Both the position numbers and the translations under genes were made by a program. DNA of 64,000 bases from an uncultured Eubacteriales bacterium (GTDB lineage Bacteria; Bacillota; Clostridia; Oscillospirales; CAG-272). This document shows, piece after piece, positions 1-9,305 of this stretch. Where the stretch lies: NCBI GenBank assembly GCA_959601495.1, contig CAUGPT010000004.1, forward strand, positions 23,964 to 87,963, in the 5' to 3' direction. Below the pieces are notes generated by a model, which searched no databases, was not told where the DNA came from, and saw only the letters and a list, made by a program, of their open reading frames with translations. Each line of letters begins with the position of its first letter. Position 1 is the stretch's first letter.

Positions 1-2
1 TG

Positions 3-428
3 CTTGAAACTTCCATCAACGGCGCACACGGTATTCTCGGTAACATCACCGCTTCTCCCGATATATCCATGGAGGACATCGACATTGCATGCACCATGAT
101 CGCCAACGAAGCGCATGAGGATGCAACGGTCATCTGGGGTGTTGCTTTCGATCCCGATATGGAAGACGCTATGAAGATCACCATCATAGCAACAGGCTTT
201 GAGAACGAAAATGAGGATCTCAGCGTTCCCGCAGCTACAGCTGCAAAGGCTGCTCCCGCAGCAGCGGCGGCAAAGCCCGCGGAAAAGCCTGCAGAAAGCG
301 CTCAGCCTTCCGCGGATGACGATATTTCCGACGACGAGCTTGACGAGCTTCTCGGTATAGTCAACGTAAAGAGCAAGGAGCACAAGCTTGACACTGCCGA
401 GAACAGCGGACTCAAGAGATATTTCTGA
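3..428 (+). CDS. ftsZ: Cell division protein FtsZ, C-terminal part (5' end lies outside the window)
   Basis: Frame 3 is open from the window edge and reads ...LETSINGAHGILGNITASPDISMEDIDIACTMIANEAHEDATVIWGVAFDP... This is the conserved FtsZ C-terminal core, followed by an Ala/Pro-rich linker and a basic C-terminal peptide. Stop TGA at 426-428. Confidence 0.85.
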   Translation, partial: LETSINGAHGILGNITASPDISMEDIDIACTMIANEAHEDATVIWGVAFDPDMEDAMKITIIATGFENENEDLSVPAATAAKAAPAAAAAKPAEKPAESAQPSADDDISDDELDELLGIVNVKSKEHKLDTAENSGLKRYF

Positions 429-440
429 GACGAATATATA

Positions 441-476
441 TGAAAAAAGGATGCCGTGCGGCATCCTTTTTTTGTC
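441..476 (+). terminator. Rho-independent terminator after ftsZ
   Basis: Hairpin aaaaaaggatgccg-tgcg-gcatcctttttttg followed by a T-run. Confidence 0.8.
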
Positions 477-834
477 GCTCGGCTGAATTTGCGGCACACG
501 GACAGGCGGGCGCTCGATATAGTCCCGGCATGGCGGACAGACCCGCACCGCCCGTGGGGGATGATGCAAGCGGCGCCGCGCTGCCTGCCTCAAGCTCGCG
601 CAGACAGATCCGTGCCGCCCGTGCGGGATGATGTTCTGTTTCGGCGGCTTCCCGACGATCGGCCCCGACACCCCCGCCTGCGGGCGTCTTTGCAAAATAA
701 TGCGAAAAACCCGCCTGCATGCGGAAAAAATTGCCCGCAGCGCACTGTTTTTTATATATCTCTGTTGAAGTCCGCATTTTTATGTGGTATACTTATAAAA
801 ATTCATAAATATACACTTTGGGAGAATTTCGGAA

Positions 835-2070
835 ATGACAAATATCGCAATACTCGGTTTCGGCGTCGTCGGCGGAGGCATAACCGAGGTCATAGAGCAG
901 AACGGCAAGGCGCTTGAAAAATATACGGGGGACGGAATGTACGTAAAGTATATCCTCGATCTCCGTGATTTTCCGGACTCTCCGTACAGCGACAGGGTAG
1001 TTCACGACATAAACATAATCGCTAAGGATCCAGAGGTCAGCATTGTGTGCGAGGCTATGGGCGGTGTGAATCCCGCGTATGATTTTTCCGTAATGCTCAT
1101 GGAGCACGGCAAAAGCGTTGTTACCTCCAACAAAGAGCTTGTGGCAAAAAGAGGCGTTGAGCTTTGCGAGACGGCGGAGAAGAACGGCGTAAGCTATATG
1201 TTTGAGGCAAGCGTCGGCGGCGGTATACCCGAGATACGCGGTATGCGCACATCCCTTGCGGGAGACACTGTAGGCGCTGTAAACGGCATACTCAACGGTA
1301 CGACGAACTACATCCTTACAAGAATGAAAAAGGACGGCGCCACATTTGCCGAGGCGCTTTCCGAGGCGCAGCGGCTCGGATACGCCGAGAGAGATCCCAG
1401 CGCCGACGTGGACGGTCTTGACGCGCAGCGCAAGATCATGATACTGACGGCTGTCGCCACCGGCTGCCTTGCTGATGAGAGTGATGTTTACGCGGAGACG
1501 CTGAGAAATATAACCCCCCTCGACATGGACGCGGCTGCCCGCTGGGGCGGCACGGTAAAGCTTGTGGGCAGCGCGAGAATAAAGCCGGACGCCGGCGGCG
1601 CCTCAATGTACGTTTGCCCCACGTTTGTACCTTCGGACTGCCCCCTGTCGTTTGTGGACGACGTTTATAACGCTATATCCGTCGCAAGCCCCGTTACGGG
1701 AGACGTGATGTTCTACGGCAGAGGCGCGGGCAGAATGCCTACGGCGGGCGCGATGGTGGCGGATGCGGCGTCGATCGCCTCGGGACTTTGCAATGGTGAG
1801 AAGAAGATGGCATGGCAGAGCGCGCCCGACGGTTGGGTAACGCCCTTTGAAGAACTCAGCTTTTCATACTATGTACGTGTGAAAACAGACGACCCCGCGC
1901 AGGCGCTTGAGGCGGCGGCCCTTGCCCTCGGCACGGCGGAAAAACTTCCTTCGACCCCCGCGGGATACGTCGAGTATATAACTCCCGAAGTAAAAGAGTC
2001 CGAAGCGAGACGGCTGTTCTCCGGCGAGCTTTGCAAGGCGGAGTCCGTCATTCGCATACTCGCAAAATAA
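835..2070 (+). CDS. hom: Homoserine dehydrogenase
   Basis: N-terminal NAD-binding motif ILGFGVVGGG, a catalytic domain, and a C-terminal ACT-like region. 411 aa. RBS-like gggagaatttcggaa lies upstream of the ATG. Confidence 0.9.
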   Translation: MTNIAILGFGVVGGGITEVIEQNGKALEKYTGDGMYVKYILDLRDFPDSPYSDRVVHDINIIAKDPEVSIVCEAMGGVNPAYDFSVMLMEHGKSVVTSNKELVAKRGVELCETAEKNGVSYMFEASVGGGIPEIRGMRTSLAGDTVGAVNGILNGTTNYILTRMKKDGATFAEALSEAQRLGYAERDPSADVDGLDAQRKIMILTAVATGCLADESDVYAETLRNITPLDMDAAARWGGTVKLVGSARIKPDAGGASMYVCPTFVPSDCPLSFVDDVYNAISVASPVTGDVMFYGRGAGRMPTAGAMVADAASIASGLCNGEKKMAWQSAPDGWVTPFEELSFSYYVRVKTDDPAQALEAAALALGTAEKLPSTPAGYVEYITPEVKESEARRLFSGELCKAESVIRILAK

Positions 2071-2079
2071 AAAACGAAA

Positions 2080-2111
2080 GCGGAAAACGGCGCAGCCGTT
2101 TTCCGCTTTTT
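2080..2111. terminator. Bidirectional rho-independent terminator (hom / coaW)
   Basis: Perfect 11-bp stem gcggaaaacgg / ccgttttccgc with loop cgcag. A T-run follows on the plus strand (tttttcac) and a U-rich tract on the minus strand (tttcgttttttatttt). Confidence 0.8.
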
Positions 2112-2123
2112 CACAATATGAAA

Positions 2124-2172
2124 GCGCAGCCTTTGGCAGAAACCGTTCTGCCAAAGGCTGCGCCGTTTTTAT
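2124..2172 (+). terminator. Second strong hairpin terminator in the hom-coaW convergent gap
   Basis: Perfect 18-bp stem gcgcagcctttggcagaa / ttctgccaaaggctgcgc followed by cgtttttat. Confidence 0.75.
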
Positions 2173-2203
2173 ACCGCCGGGCGGCTGATAAATTACAAGG
2201 CGT

Positions 2204-3064
2204 TTATTCGTCAAAGCCCGCTCTGCGGCAGCCCGCGAGAGCCGCGCCGATGACTGTGCCGAACTGCGAATATTTGGGGATTATGAAATTCATGTCAAAC
2301 ATTCTGTTGAGGTTATCGAATATCTTCGGCGCCTGGGAAACGCTTGTCAGGTTTCCTGTCAGCACAACGTTTTTCAGCGAATAGTTGCGCGCGGCGAAAA
2401 GACTTACCATGCCTACGGTCTCAAACACCATGTTTATAAGCGCGAGCGCGAGATCCGCTTTTGTGGCGATGTCGCTGACGTTGCCGAAGTTTGAAGCCGT
2501 CATTGTATCGGCAAAGCCGGGGACGATATCCTGCTTTGTAATGTCGTTGATCTTAAGGTCCACATTGCGCAGATCTCCCCCTTCGGCAAGCTCTTCGATG
2601 TGGGCAACGGTGTCCATACCCAAAATCTTTTTGGAAAGCCCCACGAGCGTGCCGCCGCCGACGCCTGTACCGCCGAGATATACGGGCGGCGCGCCCGCTT
2701 CGGCATAAACAAGCGCCGTGCCTGTGCCGAGGCTTGCGATGATAGCCTTGTCATAGCTGCAGAGATAAAGACCGCCGAGCCCTATGCAGTCGAATTCGGG
2801 CACGATCTCGCAGTCAAGCGAAAATATATCGTTTTTGATGTAGGACGCGCCTACACCGGTGATCATCACTTTTTCAATGTCGGCAAGAGTCAGATCGTTT
2901 TGATCGGTAAACTTTCCGAAAGCGCCGTAAACAGACGTAACGGGGTCTGCCGCGCGGACGAATATGGGCTCGATCAGCCGTCTTTCTCCGCTCGTAAGGT
3001 CGAAGCCAACGATCTTCGTGGTGCTTCCGCCGACGTCGATGCCGATTATGGTTCTTTTTTTCAT
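2204..3064 (-). CDS. coaW: Type II pantothenate kinase (CoaW-like, eukaryotic-type PanK)
   Basis: ASKHA-fold motifs IGIDVGGSTTKIV, GTGTALVYA, GGTGVGGGTLVGL, and DLKINDI...PGFADTMTASNFG...NLTS...GAALAG. These track the Staphylococcus CoaW sequence along the whole length. 286 aa. Confidence 0.75.
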   Translation of the reverse strand: MKKRTIIGIDVGGSTTKIVGFDLTSGERRLIEPIFVRAADPVTSVYGAFGKFTDQNDLTLADIEKVMITGVGASYIKNDIFSLDCEIVPEFDCIGLGGLYLCSYDKAIIASLGTGTALVYAEAGAPPVYLGGTGVGGGTLVGLSKKILGMDTVAHIEELAEGGDLRNVDLKINDITKQDIVPGFADTMTASNFGNVSDIATKADLALALINMVFETVGMVSLFAARNYSLKNVVLTGNLTSVSQAPKIFDNLNRMFDMNFIIPKYSQFGTVIGAALAGCRRAGFDE

Positions 3065-3160
3065 AGATATACACTTCCCGTGGTAGAGCTTTGCGCCGGC
3101 CGCGCCGAAGAGTGTGTTATCGGCTGCCGCGCGTATACCTATAATATCACATAAAAGGCG

Positions 3161-4342
3161 TTAATGCAAGCCGTATTCTTCTGCAATATCGGCATACTGC
3201 CCGCCGAGATCCTCTCCGGTGATATACCCTGACAGCACACAGCCGAACATGACCGCGCTGCGCTTTGCCTCGGTGAGGGTGTTTGCGCACGTGCCGAACT
3301 CGATAAGCAGCGCCCCGGGAGATGTGTCCTGATAGAAGGAAGCGCACCTGAGATCGATAGGACGCATCAGCGTGTTGTCGGCGTTCCATAGGCGGGACTG
3401 CAGCGAGAGCGCAAAGCTGAGGTTCTCTCTCCAGTTTTTATGCGCGCTGCCGCCGCTGTCCGTGCCGCATACTATCATTAGCTGGGCGGCTTCGTCACCG
3501 CCGATATCGGTAACGCTGCGCACATAGCCCGCGTCGTCGTTGCCTATGCAGTCGCGGTGAACGTCGAAAACGTATTTTACGGACGGATAGCGGGACAAAA
3601 CGTCCCGCACGGCGAGAGTGCTGCTGTCGTATGCTCCGCTCCAGGACTTTTCATCAAACATTTCTTCGATATGCATTGTGACGACGCCGCATTTTTCAAG
3701 AGTTTCGGCAAGTATTTTTCCAACGGCGACGGTGTTTTTCTCCGTATCGCGGGAGCGAAAAGAGTTGCCGGCACAGTCGGCGTACGCCTCCGTGCCGTGG
3801 GTGTGATATATGAGCACGAGCGGCGCATCGCTTTGCTCGGCGCCTGTCGGGGAGCTTGCGGCGGGAACGGAGCTCATAAGCGCTTCTATGTTTGTCTCGT
3901 ATTCCGTTTCGTTCGATATCGCAAGTCCGCCTGCGGCGCGGGCGGAAAGGTCTTCGTTCATGACCTTGAGGCTCGGCGGGATGCTGTCGGTATCCCCATT
4001 GCCGTCCTCGGACGCTTCTTCGTCCCCATCAAGAACAACGGGATCGGGATCATCCGCTTTTTCTTCTATGACCACATCGGGGAAAATAAGCGATACGATG
4101 CGGTTCTGCCAGCCGTTTTTCAGATAGGAGAACAGCTCCGCGGCGGCAGCCGCGTGCACAAGTATGCCGACGGCACAGAGTATAAGACATGAAGCCGAGG
4201 CCGCAGCCTTTGCTATCCGCAGCCCCCTTGCGCCTCTGTCCGACACCGTCGGAGCGCCGTACACGCTTTCTGGCGGCGCTTCGAGCCGCTCCGCATCTGT
4301 CGGAGCGTCAAGCGTTCTTTCGCTGTAAGTTTTCATATCCAT
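3161..4342 (-). CDS. spoIIP: Stage II sporulation protein P (SpoIIP family)
   Basis: SpoIIP signature LIYHTHGTEAY plus an N-terminal TM segment. I prefer the start at MDMKTY (ATG at 4342) because a GGGAGG RBS sits 9 nt upstream. The longer ORF (to 4396) has no RBS. Adjacent to gpr, as in Bacillus. Confidence 0.8.
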   Translation of the reverse strand: MDMKTYSERTLDAPTDAERLEAPPESVYGAPTVSDRGARGLRIAKAAASASCLILCAVGILVHAAAAAELFSYLKNGWQNRIVSLIFPDVVIEEKADDPDPVVLDGDEEASEDGNGDTDSIPPSLKVMNEDLSARAAGGLAISNETEYETNIEALMSSVPAASSPTGAEQSDAPLVLIYHTHGTEAYADCAGNSFRSRDTEKNTVAVGKILAETLEKCGVVTMHIEEMFDEKSWSGAYDSSTLAVRDVLSRYPSVKYVFDVHRDCIGNDDAGYVRSVTDIGGDEAAQLMIVCGTDSGGSAHKNWRENLSFALSLQSRLWNADNTLMRPIDLRCASFYQDTSPGALLIEFGTCANTLTEAKRSAVMFGCVLSGYITGEDLGGQYADIAEEYGLH

Positions 4343-4898
4343 AATGTGTAACCTCCCGCGTTTTTTCTTTTTTCGTCCGCAGCGCAAAGCCGTCACTCAC
4401 TAAAGCGTGCGTCTTGTCCGCGCGGCATAGATGTGCACGCCTGTATTTTCTGCGCTGTTCAAGTATATTGGCACTACGTGCGCAATATTCCGCATGGCAG
4501 CGTGCATTTCGGCTTTCGGCTCGACGGCTCGGGCAGGATTTGCATAGGGACATATACTGCCGCGCGGTATGTGACGGCGAAGAGAGCGACAGCCGCCGAG
4601 AGCTGCGGGAGAGCGGCACCGAAAAGCTTTACAAAAAGGTATGCGGCGCCCATCGACGGCGCGGCAAAAAATAAAAACGCTGCGGACAGCGTTCTTGATG
4701 AGAATTTTTCATAACGAAGAAGAGGATGCCTTCGGAGGTAAACGGTTTTTAAAACCGCATCGACCGGAAGCACCCTCATCCGAAATCAGTATATGTCACA
4801 AGTTCTCGCCTATCAAGGAATACGGAAAAGCATTGCGGGGAAAATAGATCAATTCCGAACTTTCGAACGGTGACGGAATGCCGAAGGTGTTATAAGCA

Positions 4899-4925
4899 TA
4901 TAAAAAGCAGCCGAAGCCTCGGCTG
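4899..4925 (-). terminator. Rho-independent terminator ~320 nt downstream of gpr (minus strand)
   Basis: Stem cagccga / tcggctg with loop agcc. On the minus strand it is followed by ctttttatatg. Confidence 0.55.
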
Positions 4926-5241
4926 ACGCCAATGTGGAACAAAGCCACAAGGACGTATCAACAATGGGGTCTTCGACTACTGCCTGTACTGTATCAGATT
5001 TGTATTCGTTTGTCAAGCGCTTCGACAACGGTTTTGCCGCGCGCAAACTGTGAATGAAGGACGGGCTCAGTGCTGAAAGACTGCGGCGCCGCGCAGGTGG
5101 CAATGCGGAAATGCTTTGCATAAAAGAAGACACGGGTCATCAAGAGTATCGCCCTGATTTAACAGAGTCAACAGGTCTCCGTCGCCGTGCCGCCTATAAT
5201 ATATCACAAATGATTCCGTTTGTCAACGGCAGGAAAGTGCC

Positions 5242-6168
5242 TTACAGCCCCTCCGCCATATATGCTCGGTTTATTGCCGAGGCTATAAGCGCCGCCACCT
5301 CGTCGCATATGATATCCCCGTCCTTCGGGGATACAAAATAGCTGCGCTCCTTTTCAAGAGAGGCGCGCATTTCCTCGCCGCACTCGCATCCCGCGCGCTC
5401 AAGCGCGTCCCAGACAAGCGTGGCGCAGTCCACAACGGTGGGCACGCCGATAGCTATCACGGGGCAGCCGATGCTCTCTCTGTTGACGGCGCTGCGGCGG
5501 TTTCCTATCCCGCTGCCGGGCTCGATGCCCGTGTCCGACAGCTGTATGGTGGAGGCAAGCCGCTTTGTGGAGCGCGCAGCAAGGGCGTCTATGGCAATGA
5601 CCACATCCGGCTTTACATAGTCCGCCGCACCCTTGATCATCGCTCCCGCCTCTATCCCCGTCTGCCCCATAACGCCGGGATGCACTGCGGAAATGCTGGA
5701 GCAGCCGATGCTGTCAAGAAGTCCCGACTCCATGACGTGACTTGTAACGGCGACTTTGTCCGCGGCGCGGGGACCGAGGGCGTCAGCCGTTATAAAACGG
5801 TTGCCCAGCCCCGCCACAAGCACTTTCGTGGCGCTTGAAACGGGCGCGCCGCACAGCTTTTGCGTAAATTCGCGAAGGAGGACAGACAGCGCCTCGGTTA
5901 TGTTTTCCGCGTCATTTGCGTCGAGGTATTTCATAAGCGGACAGTACAGGGTAACATAGCTTCCGCGCTTGCGGCCGGTCTCGATCTCGCCCTCTTTATT
6001 CAGCACTTCAAGGCGTGACACGGGCACGGAGCATATTTCGCCCTCCTCGCTTACCGCCCCGCGGTATGGCTTGTTCAGCGCCCCCACGCTTTCGCAGGCA
6101 AGGTCGGTCCTTGGAAAAGCCGCGCTTTCTGTGACGTTTTCCGTCGGTATTTGTGAATTTTTTAACAT
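5242..6168 (-). CDS. gpr: Germination protease GPR (spore endopeptidase)
   Basis: RTDLACE motif near the N-terminus plus the conserved GPR core. Preferred start is MLKNSQ (ATG at 6168) with RBS gggaaagg. The longer ORF to 6243 is unsupported. Confidence 0.85.
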   Translation of the reverse strand: MLKNSQIPTENVTESAAFPRTDLACESVGALNKPYRGAVSEEGEICSVPVSRLEVLNKEGEIETGRKRGSYVTLYCPLMKYLDANDAENITEALSVLLREFTQKLCGAPVSSATKVLVAGLGNRFITADALGPRAADKVAVTSHVMESGLLDSIGCSSISAVHPGVMGQTGIEAGAMIKGAADYVKPDVVIAIDALAARSTKRLASTIQLSDTGIEPGSGIGNRRSAVNRESIGCPVIAIGVPTVVDCATLVWDALERAGCECGEEMRASLEKERSYFVSPKDGDIICDEVAALIASAINRAYMAEGL

Positions 6169-6467
6169 AATCGTTGCCTTTCCCGAAAAATATATTATAA
6201 TAATAATATAATTTGCCGCATAAGCGCCGTCTATACCGCACAAAGCCCGAAAGACGGTATCCGCCGATGATATCAGCGCGGTTTTTGCGGGTTTTTTGCG
6301 CGCATTGCCGCCGCGCCGCGGCGCACTTTGACAAAGGCGCTGCTTTGTCGGGAGGGCGCGACGCGCGCCGCAGGCCGAAATGCCCTCGTTATATGTAGAT
6401 TTTTACCAAATTGCCGAATTTTTATTGTGCAAATAAATGAAACTGTGCCGTTTTTCCGCTTTACAGA

Positions 6468-6496
6468 TTGATTATCGGACGATATTGTGCTATAAT
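6468..6496 (+). promoter_or_regulatory. Sigma-A type promoter for the oligopeptide-binding protein gene
   Basis: TTGATT (6468-6473), a 17-nt spacer, then an extended -10 TGcTATAAT (6491-6496). About 95 nt upstream of the ATG. Confidence 0.7.
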
Positions 6497-6593
6497 TTAC
6501 CGTATGTAAACGTATCGTTTGAAAAAGGCGCGGCGGCACATATCGCAGCCTTTTGAAAACAATAAGCCGCCGGGGGCGGCGTGGAGGTAATAT

Positions 6594-8357
6594 ATGAAAA
6601 AAGTGATATGCATCGTTCTTGCGGCAGTATGCGTTATCGGAATGCTTTCCGCATGCTCAACCTTGAAAAAGGACGACAAGGGCGCTATCGTCACAATGTA
6701 TCTGGCAAACCAGATATACAATTTCGATCCCATCGTCGGATACAACGACACGGCGACCGCAAAGATTTTGTCGCTGGCGTTCGAGGGTCTTACCGTTCTT
6801 GATGAGGACGGCGACTGGCACAAGGGCATGATGAAGAGCTACAAGTACCTTGAGCCCGATGAAAAAGAGGATACATACAGACTTGAGATCAACCTCCGTT
6901 CCACAAAGTGGAGCGACGGCAGAACCGTTCAGGCAAACGATTTCGTCTATGCGTGGAAGCGCATCGTTGAGGCTACCAACAAGTGCGACGCGGCTTGCCT
7001 CCTTTACGATGTTAAGAACGCCCGCGACATCAAGATGGGCAACGCCACCGTTGACGATCTCGGTATCTATTCAGTCGAGTCGTACGTTCTCAAGATCGAA
7101 TTTGAGCACGATATAAACGTAGATGAGTTCTTTAAGACCTGCGCAAGCGTGGCGCTCGTTCCTCTGCGCGAGGATAAGATCGGCAACGACGATACCTGGG
7201 CAAAGCGCGCCTCCACAATTGTTACAAACGGTCCCTTCGACATCAGAAATGTTTCTTACGGCGACAAGCTCGTTCTCGAGCGTTCTTCCTATTACAAGCG
7301 CGATACCGACTCCAACCAGGCACTTGACAAGTACGTTATCCCCTACAGACTTGTAATAAAATATTCTTACGGAGACAACACGGCACAGGCAGACGCATTT
7401 GATGCCGGCAACATTTTCTATCTCGGTGAGATAGCTCTCAGCGCCCGCGACTTCTACAAAAAGCGCGCCGAAATAGTGGATACTCCCATAACTGCATCAC
7501 TTTATTTCAACACCACCAACAGACTGTTTGAAAAGGCAGAGGTAAGGCGTGCGCTTTCTCTTGCCCTTGACAGACAGGCGATAGCAGACACTCTTGTGTA
7601 TGCAAAGCCCGCGACGGGTCTTGTCCCCGGCGGCGTTGACGACGCAAACGCAAAGGGCGATTTCCGCAAGACCGGCGGCGATCTTCTGGCGACAAGCGCG
7701 GATGTTGACGAGGCAAAATCCCTTCTCAAATCTGCAGGCGTTACAAGCGGCAGCTTCAGCATCAAGGTAAGAGACAATGAGGCTGACGTCGCGTTCGCTG
7801 AGGCGGTCGCCGAGGCGTGGAAGTCTCTCGGCTTCAGCGTCAAGGTTGAAAAGATGGGCACAAAGAAGATCTCATCAGAAAATACCAACCAGTCCGTAAT
7901 ATACCGCGATCTCTATCAGGAGGCGCTCGACGAGGGCGACTTCGACGTTATCGCTCTTGACTACAACATGCTCGCGCCCAACGCTTTCGCGGCGCTTGCA
8001 CCCTTTGCGACGGAGTTTTCCGGCAACGGCGTTGATATGTCAAACGACAACTACGATCCGTTCCCCCATGTGACCGGCTATTCCGACAGTGACTACGACG
8101 ATATTATCGACAAGGCAAGCAAGACGTCCGACAGCAAGGAAAGAGCACAGCTTCTCCATGACGCGGAAGAAAAGCTTATGGAGGATATGCCCATAGTTCC
8201 CGTGCTGTTCCTGCAGGATGCATACGTGACGAGCAAGGTAATAAGCGGTGTTAAGAACACCTATTGGGGCAGAGACTTCGACAATCTGAAGATGAAGAAC
8301 TACATGAAATACAAGGAGTCCATCCAAGCAGAGGATAGCGAAAACGAATTCGAGTAA
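6594..8357 (+). CDS. ABC transporter substrate-binding lipoprotein, family 5 (oligopeptide/dipeptide OppA/DppA-like)
   Basis: Lipoprotein signal MKKVICIVLAAVCVIGMLSAC|S. 587 aa with the family-5 SBP architecture. RBS ggaggtaatat upstream. Confidence 0.8.
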   Translation: MKKVICIVLAAVCVIGMLSACSTLKKDDKGAIVTMYLANQIYNFDPIVGYNDTATAKILSLAFEGLTVLDEDGDWHKGMMKSYKYLEPDEKEDTYRLEINLRSTKWSDGRTVQANDFVYAWKRIVEATNKCDAACLLYDVKNARDIKMGNATVDDLGIYSVESYVLKIEFEHDINVDEFFKTCASVALVPLREDKIGNDDTWAKRASTIVTNGPFDIRNVSYGDKLVLERSSYYKRDTDSNQALDKYVIPYRLVIKYSYGDNTAQADAFDAGNIFYLGEIALSARDFYKKRAEIVDTPITASLYFNTTNRLFEKAEVRRALSLALDRQAIADTLVYAKPATGLVPGGVDDANAKGDFRKTGGDLLATSADVDEAKSLLKSAGVTSGSFSIKVRDNEADVAFAEAVAEAWKSLGFSVKVEKMGTKKISSENTNQSVIYRDLYQEALDEGDFDVIALDYNMLAPNAFAALAPFATEFSGNGVDMSNDNYDPFPHVTGYSDSDYDDIIDKASKTSDSKERAQLLHDAEEKLMEDMPIVPVLFLQDAYVTSKVISGVKNTYWGRDFDNLKMKNYMKYKESIQAEDSENEFE

Positions 8358-8390
8358 TTGCAATCAAATTAGTTTTCACACCGGTTTTCA

Positions 8391-8420
8391 CGCGGGGGGC
8401 TTATGCCTCCCGCGTTTTAT
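8391..8420 (+). terminator. Rho-independent terminator
   Basis: cgcggggggc-ttat-gcctcccgcg followed by ttttat. Confidence 0.7.
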
Positions 8421-8455
8421 CCTGCTTACTTATAAAACGGTATATCAGAAAGGAA

Positions 8456-9169
8456 ATGACGGATATGGCCTCTCATTTGAAGGATGAAAATGAGATAAAG
8501 ATTTTTATTCTGTACTTGCTTGATAAAATAGGATACCCCCTTGATTACCCCAGCATCGGCTCAATAATGATGCAGGACGGGATAGTCAACTTTTTCGATT
8601 TTGCCCAGTGCTTTTTTGCGCTCGTGGACGCAGGCCATATTCGTGAGATCATAGTCGATCGGGACAAAGACGAGGCGGCGGATAAAAAGGATCCTGAAGG
8701 CGGCGCAGGCAGCGCCGAAGTCGCTAAAACGGACTCCGGCGTCAACGGCACATCGGACGACGGGGCGCATATTTCGCGCTACGGCACCGATGACGACGAG
8801 GACGAATACGAAAGCTCCGCAACTGTATTGTATGAGGTCACGGATACGGGCAGGCAGGTCGCCCGCGCCCTTTCGGACAACCTTATGATAAGCGTCAGAG
8901 AAAAAAGCTACCGCAGCGCGCTGCGCCACCTTTCGTTCGCCAAAAAAGGCGCGTGGATCGACCAGACCTATAAGCCGGACGGCGACGGATACCTTGTGAC
9001 ATGCTCCATAAAGGATAAGGGCGGAGTGATCATGGACCTCACCGTCAGAGCCGACAGCGAATATCAGCTGAAAAGAATGCTTAACAACTATTCCGAAAAG
9101 CCGGAGGTTGTTTTCCGAGGCATCGTGGCGCTTTTATCAGGGGATGTCAACTACCTGTTTGAACAGTGA
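8456..9169 (+). CDS. Hypothetical protein with two globular halves joined by an acidic linker
   Basis: 237-aa ORF with good coding texture and RBS aaaggaaatgacggat upstream. Contains an Asp/Glu-rich linker (DKDEAADKKDPEGG...DDDEDEYE). I recognise no family with confidence. Confidence 0.55.
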   Translation: MTDMASHLKDENEIKIFILYLLDKIGYPLDYPSIGSIMMQDGIVNFFDFAQCFFALVDAGHIREIIVDRDKDEAADKKDPEGGAGSAEVAKTDSGVNGTSDDGAHISRYGTDDDEDEYESSATVLYEVTDTGRQVARALSDNLMISVREKSYRSALRHLSFAKKGAWIDQTYKPDGDGYLVTCSIKDKGGVIMDLTVRADSEYQLKRMLNNYSEKPEVVFRGIVALLSGDVNYLFEQ

Positions 9170-9245
9170 CCGCGGCGCGAAAAAGTAAAACAGATATGAT
9201 TATGAATAAAATTTTGACGTATAATGAAAAATATTCAAAATAGTG

Positions 9246-9273
9246 TTGACATTTTCTACATTTGTGATATAAT
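9246..9273 (+). promoter_or_regulatory. Near-consensus sigma-A promoter upstream of the sigma factor gene
   Basis: TTGACA (9246-9251), a 16-nt spacer, then TGaTATAAT (9265-9273). Confidence 0.65.
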
Positions 9274-9305
9274 AATCGTAAATTAGATGTTCAAATTTCA
9301 ACAAG

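Noticed and set aside
3557-4192. 211-aa plus-strand ORF inside spoIIP
   Set aside because: Antisense to the SpoIIP gene, which carries the LIYHTHGTE signature. No RBS.
4474-4779. 101-aa minus-strand ORF with a hydrophobic segment in the gpr-spoIIP gap
   Set aside because: No RBS upstream of any in-frame start. It overlaps the likely spoIIP promoter region, and the composition is unconvincing. Cannot be supported as a gene.
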